From Minisyncoccia bacterium (GTDB taxonomy: Bacteria; Patescibacteriota; Minisyncoccia; Phycocordibacterales; UBA918): 64,000 nt of DNA. Shown here piece by piece: positions 56,983 through 64,000 of the stretch. The translations under genes were made by a program, and so were the position numbers. The stretch's first letter is position 1; every line of letters starts with the position of its first letter. Below the pieces are notes generated by a model. It saw only the letters and a program-made list of their open reading frames with translations. It searched no databases and was not told the origin of the DNA. The stretch covers positions 97,481-161,480 of the forward strand of contig JBGSJJ010000005.1 in NCBI GenBank assembly GCA_041742075.1, written 5' to 3'.

Positions 56983-57807
56983 ATGGATAAGGTTCAGGAA
57001 TTAGAAAAAAAAGTACTAGAGTTACAAAGCATCATCACTGTAATGGACAAGTCCGCCATGATGATAGTTCGTCGTGACATAGAACTTCGTCACGCGAACG
57101 CTAAGCTAAACGAACTAGATAAAAGTAAGTCGGAGTTCGTCTCGATTGCTGCTCACCAAATGCGTACACCGCTCTCTGCTATAAAGTGGTCACAGCAGAT
57201 GCTTTTTAACGAAGAGCTCGGACCTCTCAATTCTGATCAAAAAAAGATTATTACGCAAACAATGGAAAGTGTAAATGGACTGGTGGTGTTAGTAAACAAC
57301 CTCCTTACCGCTGACCATCTAGAGCTTGGTAAAGGCACAAACGTAGTAAAGCGAATAAACATTATCTTGCTTATTAATGACGTCATTAAAACCCTTTTTC
57401 CTATCGCTTCAGAGCGGGGTGTCACGATTAACTTTTCTCACCAGCAAGGTGAGGTAGCACTCGATACGAATCCAGAGCGAATGAAAGACGTTTTTGCCAA
57501 CTTACTTGATAATGCCATCAAGTACACCCCAGCCGGCGGGACGATTACGATTACACTCTGGATTACCGAAGTGATAAACATCACCGTTTCAGACACCGGG
57601 ATTGGTATTCCAAATGATTATCTCCCAAAATTATTTGGACGGTTCGTCCGAGCTGATAATGCCAAGCGAGCGGATCCAAACGGATCTGGTTTGGGCTTAT
57701 ACATAGTTAAAAAGATTATTCAGGCAAACAGTGGTACAATTTCTGTAAGCAGTACTGCCGGTAGCGGTACGACATTTACAGTAACGCTACCGCTTGCTGT
57801 ACATTAA
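56983..57807 (+). CDS. Cytoplasmic histidine kinase without a sensor domain
   Basis: Coiled-coil N-terminus, AHQMRTPL, NAIKYT, DTGIGI, GSGLGL. Confidence 0.92.
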   Translation: MDKVQELEKKVLELQSIITVMDKSAMMIVRRDIELRHANAKLNELDKSKSEFVSIAAHQMRTPLSAIKWSQQMLFNEELGPLNSDQKKIITQTMESVNGLVVLVNNLLTADHLELGKGTNVVKRINIILLINDVIKTLFPIASERGVTINFSHQQGEVALDTNPERMKDVFANLLDNAIKYTPAGGTITITLWITEVINITVSDTGIGIPNDYLPKLFGRFVRADNAKRADPNGSGLGLYIVKKIIQANSGTISVSSTAGSGTTFTVTLPLAVH

Positions 57808-57817
57808 TAAGCAAAAT

Positions 57818-58660
57818 ATGGCCGATAGACTACTAGAGGGCAAGACGATTTTAATTGTTGAAGACAATACATTTTTATCTAACGTAATATCTCAGAAACT
57901 CTCTTTACGTGGCGCGCGAGCACTTACCTACACTAACGGACTAGAAGGCCTCGCTGCTATTCGGGTAGAAAAGCCTGACCTTGTACTCCTTGATATCCTC
58001 ATGCCGATAATGAATGGCTACGAGGTACTCCAAGTTTTAAATAATGAAGGCCTTACAGCAGACATTCCAATTATAGTTATCTCAAACTCTGGTCAACCGG
58101 TAGAAATTGAACGAATCAAGGCCTTAGGTGTTCGCGAGTATCTCATCAAGGCTGACTTTGAACCGGACGATGTTTTGCAAAAGGTGTACGAAACACTTGG
58201 TCTCAAAGAAGCTTCAAGTGGTTATGAAATGTCACCGGAATCAAATGCGAGTGTCGCCCAAAGTACAGCCGAAGCAGAATCGTCAGCGTTACCCCGTGTT
58301 CTTGTCGTCGAAGACGATCCACTTCTGCGCAATCTACTAGCGATGAAGTTGTCTAATTCTAATTGCCCAGCCATGTTCAGTAACGATGGCCTCCACGTGA
58401 TGGAACTAGTCGCTAGTTTTAACCCGGAAGTAATAGTGCTCGACCTTCGTTTACCTGGTAAGGACGGCTTTGAGATTCTGAAGGACTTAAAATCAAACGA
58501 TGAGTTCAAACACATTCCAGTCGTAATCTTTTCAAACAACAGTAGTGAGGAAGACCAAAAGCGTACGACTGACCTAGGTGCTGCAGCCTTTTTCGTAAAA
58601 GCGATGACAGACCTCACAGAATTTATACAAGAGCTTGTGAAAATTGCTCAAAAAAAATAA
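57818..58660 (+). CDS. Tandem double-receiver response regulator
   Basis: Two REC domains (ILIVEDN...DILMP; VLVVEDD...DLRLP), no output domain. Confidence 0.9.
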   Translation: MADRLLEGKTILIVEDNTFLSNVISQKLSLRGARALTYTNGLEGLAAIRVEKPDLVLLDILMPIMNGYEVLQVLNNEGLTADIPIIVISNSGQPVEIERIKALGVREYLIKADFEPDDVLQKVYETLGLKEASSGYEMSPESNASVAQSTAEAESSALPRVLVVEDDPLLRNLLAMKLSNSNCPAMFSNDGLHVMELVASFNPEVIVLDLRLPGKDGFEILKDLKSNDEFKHIPVVIFSNNSSEEDQKRTTDLGAAAFFVKAMTDLTEFIQELVKIAQKK

Positions 58661-58734
58661 GCTACGCAAGAGAGGAGGGCTATGCTATACTCTAAGCCTA
58701 ACCTTCGGCTCCATCCGGAGGCAATCTGCTATAT

Positions 58735-61371
58735 ATGCCACAAAAACCAACGAAAACAACCTGGAATGGCTCTGTCGAGCAAAAGATTGTCGTTAAAGGT
58801 GCTCGTACCCACAACCTGAAAAACATCAGTGTTGAGATGCCTCGCAACGCCATGATAGCGATTACCGGACCATCTGGTTCTGGTAAGTCTTCGCTTGCGT
58901 TTGATACTATTTTTGCTGAAGGTCAACGTCGCTACGTTGAGTCACTCTCACCGTACGCGAGACAATTCTTGAGACAAATGCAGAAGCCTGATGTGGATGA
59001 AATTAGTGGTCTCTCACCAGCAATCTCGATTGACCAAAAGTCAGCTTCAAGAAACCCACGGTCGACCGTGGCTACGATTACTGAAATCTATGACTATCTG
59101 CGTATTTTGTATGCTCGCGTGGGCAGACCATACTGTATGGACGTCGACGTGGCGATTGAAAAGCTTTCGCAAGACGAAATTTTAAGCATTGTCCTTAAGT
59201 CAATCGAAGAACGTGAAGTCGAAAACGCCACCAAGGCCGAGAAGCGCGACAAGGTACTCGGTATTGAGATTTCTCACGGTCGAGTAGCTATTTTTGCTCC
59301 GATCATTGTCGGTCGTAAGGGTGAGTACTACCAGCTACTTTATGACTTGCTCGCGAAAGGGTACGAGACGGTAAAAATTGATGGTCAAATCAAGCAGTTG
59401 CGTGAAAAAATTATTCTCTCCAAGAATAGTCGCCACGATATTGACGTACTCATAGACGACATTTTTGTGAGTGAGTTCACAACTGACAAAAAAGGTTCCC
59501 ATGAACGACTCTCAGAAGCCGTTGAACGGGCGCTTCATGAAAGTAATGGTCTGGTTAAAATCGAGAGTCCTGACGGCAGTGAACGTACTCTCTCAGCGAA
59601 GTTTATCTGTCCAATTGACGGCTCTTCCTTCCCAGAAGTAGAACCACGGTTATTTTCATTTAACTCACCTTATGGGGCCTGTCCGGAGTGTAACGGTCTT
59701 GGTGTCGTCGGTATATTTCAAAGTGACGTCTGTCCCGTTTGCGATGGTGCCCGCCTCCGCAAAGAAGCACTTCGTGTATTTATTGGTGGCGACGGCAAGA
59801 AGAAGCTTGGTTTCAACATTGTAGACTTCACCAACATGACAGTGGCTGAAGCAGTGGAGTTTATTTCTAACCTCAAGTTATCGAAAAAAGAGCAAGAAAT
59901 CGCCTGGCCGGCTCTTAGGGAGATTATCGATAGACTCTCGTTTATGCAGAACGTCGGGATTGAGTACCTCACCCTTAACCGTCGGGCCAATACACTCTCA
60001 GGAGGAGAAGCCCAGCGTATTAGACTGGCTTCCCAGCTCGGTAGTGGCCTGGTGGGCGCCCTCTATGTACTTGATGAGCCGACGATTGGTCTGCATCAAA
60101 GGGATAACGACAAGCTGATTAAAACTCTGACTGAACTGCGTGACCTTGGCAACACCATTATTGTGGTAGAGCACGATGAAGACACTATTTTCGCTGCTGA
60201 CTATTTGGTTGATATCGGGCCTGGAGCCGGTATTCATGGTGGGGAAGTGGTTGTCGCTGACTATCTCAAAAAACTTCTTGAGGCACCAAAAAATACGAGC
60301 AAGTCAATCACACTTGATTACCTGCGTGGCGATAAAAGAATTGAAGTTCCAGATAGGCGGGAAAGTGAGAAAGGTTCTATCAAGATTCGAGGTGGCAAAG
60401 CGTTCAACATCAAGAACCTCAATGTCGACATTCCACTTGGTCGACTGATTTGTGTTACTGGCGTCTCAGGCTCAGGTAAGTCGACCTTCATGTACGAGAT
60501 AGTAGATAAGAACCTAAAGTCTCGCCTTGAAAAAAAGTACCGCACTCCGCATACCTATAACTGCAAAACCTTTACCGGTAGCGAGTATCTGGGCCGGTCA
60601 GTCCTCATAGACCAGTCACCAATTGGTCGCACGCCACGCAGTAACCCAGTGACGTATACTGGTGCCTTTACCCACATGCGTGACATGTTTGCTGCTTCAA
60701 ACGAAGCAAAAGCCCGTGGTTGGAAGCCAGGACGCTTCAGTTTCAACGTAAAAGGAGGACGCTGTGAGGCGTGCGAAGGTAACGGCATGATTGCAGTTGA
60801 GATGCACTTCTTACCGACGGTCTATGTAACGTGCGACATTTGTGACGGTAAGCGGTTTACCAAAGAAACACTTGAGGTGTACTACAAAGGAAAAAACATT
60901 TACGAGGTACTCGAAATGACCATTGAAGAGGCAGTTGAGTTCTACAAAGAAGTGCCGTCTATCTATGAGCGTATCGCGACACTACAAGAAGTTGGTTTAG
61001 GCTACTTAAAGCTTGGTCAAAGTGCCACCACGCTCTCTGGCGGAGAAGCTCAGCGCGTGAAGATAGCTTCTGAACTCTATAAGCCCCATACCCAGAAAAC
61101 TATTTACTTGCTCGATGAGCCAACCATTGGACTTCACTACGAGGATGTCCGAAAGCTGATTGAGATCCTCCAAGAACTGGTAAACCGTGGTAACACCGTG
61201 ATGGTAATTGAACACAATCTCGACTTAGTGAAGTGCGCTGACTACATCATCGACATTGGTCCCGAAGGAGGGAGTGGTGGAGGGGAGATAGTTGCTAAAG
61301 GTACGCCTGAAGAGATTGTAGAGAATAAAAATTCTCATACCGGAAAGTATCTCAAAAAGCACTTGCGCTAG
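58735..61371 (+). CDS. uvrA: Excinuclease ABC subunit A
   Basis: GARTHNLKN, GPSGSGKSSLAFDT, two LSGGEAQR signatures, GVSGSGKS, GGRCEAC zinc finger. Confidence 0.97.
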   Translation: MPQKPTKTTWNGSVEQKIVVKGARTHNLKNISVEMPRNAMIAITGPSGSGKSSLAFDTIFAEGQRRYVESLSPYARQFLRQMQKPDVDEISGLSPAISIDQKSASRNPRSTVATITEIYDYLRILYARVGRPYCMDVDVAIEKLSQDEILSIVLKSIEEREVENATKAEKRDKVLGIEISHGRVAIFAPIIVGRKGEYYQLLYDLLAKGYETVKIDGQIKQLREKIILSKNSRHDIDVLIDDIFVSEFTTDKKGSHERLSEAVERALHESNGLVKIESPDGSERTLSAKFICPIDGSSFPEVEPRLFSFNSPYGACPECNGLGVVGIFQSDVCPVCDGARLRKEALRVFIGGDGKKKLGFNIVDFTNMTVAEAVEFISNLKLSKKEQEIAWPALREIIDRLSFMQNVGIEYLTLNRRANTLSGGEAQRIRLASQLGSGLVGALYVLDEPTIGLHQRDNDKLIKTLTELRDLGNTIIVVEHDEDTIFAADYLVDIGPGAGIHGGEVVVADYLKKLLEAPKNTSKSITLDYLRGDKRIEVPDRRESEKGSIKIRGGKAFNIKNLNVDIPLGRLICVTGVSGSGKSTFMYEIVDKNLKSRLEKKYRTPHTYNCKTFTGSEYLGRSVLIDQSPIGRTPRSNPVTYTGAFTHMRDMFAASNEAKARGWKPGRFSFNVKGGRCEACEGNGMIAVEMHFLPTVYVTCDICDGKRFTKETLEVYYKGKNIYEVLEMTIEEAVEFYKEVPSIYERIATLQEVGLGYLKLGQSATTLSGGEAQRVKIASELYKPHTQKTIYLLDEPTIGLHYEDVRKLIEILQELVNRGNTVMVIEHNLDLVKCADYIIDIGPEGGSGGGEIVAKGTPEEIVENKNSHTGKYLKKHLR

Positions 61372-61447
61372 CCTAGACATGGCTGTGTCTTTGGCACACA
61401 TGCTATAATTATTTTTTAGAGAAGTACCAAACAGAGAAGGATTGAAA

Positions 61448-61765
61448 ATGAATGTTGCTCACCTCTTGGTGCAAGAATTCTATGATAGTTTGCCGTTTGA
61501 ATGCCGGCTTGTCCTAGAGCTCAGTCAAGCACTCAACGTTCCCGATAACTATGTTGCAGTCTATTTTGCAGCGTTCAGGTGGTACTACGTACCCTTGAGC
61601 CGTGAACGTCGTGCCTATGCGAAGCGGGTACTCAAGTCTGCACTCAAAAAGTACAAGACTGCACTTCAGCACCCGGATTGGCTGATAAGGGTCTACGAAC
61701 TCAAGTGTATTGGTAAACCGAGCACAAACGAATCAATCCCACCTCCTCCAGACCCTGCTTATTAA
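61448..61765 (+). CDS. Hypothetical protein
   Basis: ORF preceded by TGCTATAAT (61401) and followed by a strong hairpin. Confidence 0.6.
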   Translation: MNVAHLLVQEFYDSLPFECRLVLELSQALNVPDNYVAVYFAAFRWYYVPLSRERRAYAKRVLKSALKKYKTALQHPDWLIRVYELKCIGKPSTNESIPPPPDPAY

Positions 61766-61772
61766 AGCAAGT

Positions 61773-61794
61773 AAGTCGCCCCTCGGGGCGACTT
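61773..61794. terminator. GC-rich hairpin, probable terminator
   Basis: aagtcgcccc-tc-ggggcgactt perfect inverted repeat. Confidence 0.6.
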
Positions 61795-61820
61795 CATCAT
61801 TGTGGTATAGTGCATTTTAA

Positions 61821-63065
61821 ATGACTAAAGAATTCCTCCTAAAAAAGAAATTGCCAGACTCACCCGGGGTGTACTTCTTTTTGGGTGCGCGAAAGCAGAT
61901 TCTCTATATTGGTAAAGCGACCTCGCTCCGCAATCGTGTCCGAAGCTACTTTGCGTCAGATATCCGCGAGAAACGTTCAGAACTCATAGAAAACATGATT
62001 GTAGAGGCTAAAACCCTTGAAGTGGCGGTGACTGACAGTGTCCTTGAAGCGCTTATTCTCGAGACCAACCTTATCCGTACCCACAAGCCTAAGTACAACA
62101 CCCGCAGTAAAGACGATAAAAGCTACAACCACTTGGTTATCACAAATGAAGAGTACCCGCGCGTACTCGTCGTGCGTGGCAAAGACATGACGGAAAAATT
62201 CGCTGACAGTGAGATTATGTATCACTTTGGTCCGTTCCCAAGTGGCACACTCTTTCGTGAAGCTCTCAAAATAGTCCGTCGACTCTTTCAGTTTTATGAC
62301 ACGAAAGAACCAATTGGCACTGAGAAAACTCAAATTGCCCGGGGTCGTATCGACTTCAACCGCCAAATCGGCCTGTTCCCAAGTGAACAAAACAAACAGG
62401 AATACATGCGAACCATTAGGCACATCCGACTGTTCTTTGAAGGGAAGAAGCACGAGGTCATTAAAGACCTAAAAAAGGAAATGATGAAGTCTGCCAAAGC
62501 TGAACACTTCGAGGAAGCCAACGTCTATAAACGCAGAATCTTTGCGCTTGAGCACATCCAGGACATTGCTCTTATAAAAGATGACGTGCGTCAGTATCGT
62601 GACGAGTCAAATGTGCGGATTGAATCCTATGACATCGCTCACTTGGCTGGAGAAAATATGGTCGGGGTCATGACGGTCGTCGAGGGTGGGGAAGCGATGA
62701 AGAATGAGTACCGAAAGTTTAAGATAAACACGGTTACTGGATCAAACGACACCAAAGCCTTGAAAGAAGTGCTGGAACGGCGTTTTGCTCACACGGAGTG
62801 GCCTTTCCCCCAACTGGTGGTAGTAGACGGCAGTACGGCCCAGAAAAACACTGCTGAACTCGTGCTCCGAAAGCTCGGTTTTGTCATACCGGTAGTGGCA
62901 GTCGTGAAAGATGACCGGCATAAACCGATTCGCTTGCTCGCTTCAACCAGCGTAAAAAAGCAGTTTCAGAACGATATTTTGCTTGCAAACGCTGAGTCGC
63001 ACCGCTTCGCTATCACCTACCACAAGAAGAAGCGCACTGACGCCTTCCTTCCGAAGGGAGCGTGA
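61821..63065 (+). CDS. uvrC: UvrC-family excinuclease (GIY-YIG + UVR + RNase H-like domain, no HhH)
   Basis: PGVY...LYIGKATSLRNRVRSYF, EALILE.NLI...PKYN, RIESYDIAH, YRKF, PQLVVVDG, ESHRFAITYH. Confidence 0.9.
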   Translation: MTKEFLLKKKLPDSPGVYFFLGARKQILYIGKATSLRNRVRSYFASDIREKRSELIENMIVEAKTLEVAVTDSVLEALILETNLIRTHKPKYNTRSKDDKSYNHLVITNEEYPRVLVVRGKDMTEKFADSEIMYHFGPFPSGTLFREALKIVRRLFQFYDTKEPIGTEKTQIARGRIDFNRQIGLFPSEQNKQEYMRTIRHIRLFFEGKKHEVIKDLKKEMMKSAKAEHFEEANVYKRRIFALEHIQDIALIKDDVRQYRDESNVRIESYDIAHLAGENMVGVMTVVEGGEAMKNEYRKFKINTVTGSNDTKALKEVLERRFAHTEWPFPQLVVVDGSTAQKNTAELVLRKLGFVIPVVAVVKDDRHKPIRLLASTSVKKQFQNDILLANAESHRFAITYHKKKRTDAFLPKGA

Positions 63066-63078
63066 TATACTTACCGGC

Positions 63079-64000
63079 ATGAGAAGGAAACACATCGCTG
63101 TGCTTCGTGGTGGTCCAAGTGACGAGTACGAGGTATCTATGAAAACCGGTGCCGGTGTCTTAGGCGCGCTTCGTGAGTCTGACTACGTTACCCACGATGT
63201 AGTAATCACCAAAGCCGGAGAATGGCTGATTGGTGGCCGTGTACGTACGCCCGAGCAGGCCTTAAGCGCCATTGACGGCGTGTTTATCGCCCTTCATGGT
63301 GCGTATGGGGAGGACGGTACTGTGCAACGACTCCTTGATAGACACAGTATTCCGTATACCGGGAGTGGGGCATACGCCTCAGGCATTGCTATGAACAAAG
63401 CTTTGACCAAAGGTCACGTGAAAGACCTTGGGCTTAAACTTGCTCCACACATGCAGTTGACTCGAGACAGTATGCCGAACGTCACAAAAACAGCTGAGAA
63501 CATCGCCGATCTGTTTGGTCCAACCTACGTGGTAAAACCACTGAAGGGAGGGTCGTCTATTGGTACACAAATTGCTGTCGGTACTACGCAGTTAGCCGAA
63601 GCCCTCGAGCGTTCCTTTGCTGTGTATGATGAAGTCATTGTTGAAAAACTTATTGAAGGCAAAGAGGCTACGATAGGTGTAGTGGAGGGATTCCGCGGTG
63701 AAGAACTCTATTGTCTTCCAGTAATTGAAATTGTGCCACCCGCCAGCTCCAACTTCTTCTCTGTAGAAGCCAAGTATAACGGCACAACGCAAGAAATCTG
63801 CCCCGCTCGCTTTTCCCACGACCAAAAACAAGCTATTGCTCGGGTAGGAGCTAACGTCCATAAAGCACTTGGCCTCAGGCACTATTCGCGCACCGACGTC
63901 ATCCTTTCCGGTGACGATGTCTACTTCCTCGAAGTGAACACACTACCCGGTCTCACGACTGAATCACTGATTCCAAATGCCCTTAAAGCGGTCGGTTGCT
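63079..64000 (+). CDS. ddl: D-alanine--D-alanine ligase, 3' truncated (not in ORF track)
   Basis: MRRKHIAVLRGGPSDEYEVSMKTG, ALHGAYGEDG, PYTGSG, GGSSIG, YFLEVNTLPGLT; TGATATACT at 63063. Confidence 0.95.
   Translation, partial: MRRKHIAVLRGGPSDEYEVSMKTGAGVLGALRESDYVTHDVVITKAGEWLIGGRVRTPEQALSAIDGVFIALHGAYGEDGTVQRLLDRHSIPYTGSGAYASGIAMNKALTKGHVKDLGLKLAPHMQLTRDSMPNVTKTAENIADLFGPTYVVKPLKGGSSIGTQIAVGTTQLAEALERSFAVYDEVIVEKLIEGKEATIGVVEGFRGEELYCLPVIEIVPPASSNFFSVEAKYNGTTQEICPARFSHDQKQAIARVGANVHKALGLRHYSRTDVILSGDDVYFLEVNTLPGLTTESLIPNALKAVGC

Noticed and set aside
63379-63882. Two minus-strand ORFs at the window end
   Set aside because: Antisense to ddl, which the track missed because it has no stop codon inside the window.
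1-64000. Alternative genetic code (TGA=Gly) or prophage origin
   Set aside because: Long ORFs are intact in code 11, TGA ends uvrC, and no phage hallmark genes are present.

Overview
64 kb of a bacterial chromosome. Every credible gene lies on the + strand and reads in genetic code 11. Gene content and style (giant Ser/Thr-rich surface proteins, extended -10 motifs a few nt before ATGs, no obvious Shine-Dalgarno sites, reduced UvrC) suggest Patescibacteria/CPR, Parcubacteria-like; this is inferred, not proven. Positions 1-42.5 kb form one cell-surface locus: a >4900 aa protein (5' end outside the window), a ~2060 aa protein, two medium secreted proteins that each share a C-terminal pilin/WxL-like domain with one of the giants, three DUF916/DUF3324-like membrane proteins, three cohesin and two dockerin domains with no CAZymes, FN3 and beta-propeller proteins, a MacB-type ABC transporter and a DsbA/TlpA-like/CcdA module. 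The main hypothesis is an undescribed fibre/adhesin system assembled by donor-strand complementation and anchored through cohesin-dockerin pairs. The rest holds gdhA, an AI-2E transporter, CapA, FKBP, an atypical tgt, a divergent hicBA-like pair, uvrB, a FIST/two-component cluster with no output domain, uvrA lacking its insertion domain, a minimal uvrC and ddl (truncated). Three intergenic regions fold into multi-helix structures. No CRISPR, tRNA, rRNA or transposase was seen. All domain calls come from motif recognition by eye, not database searches.
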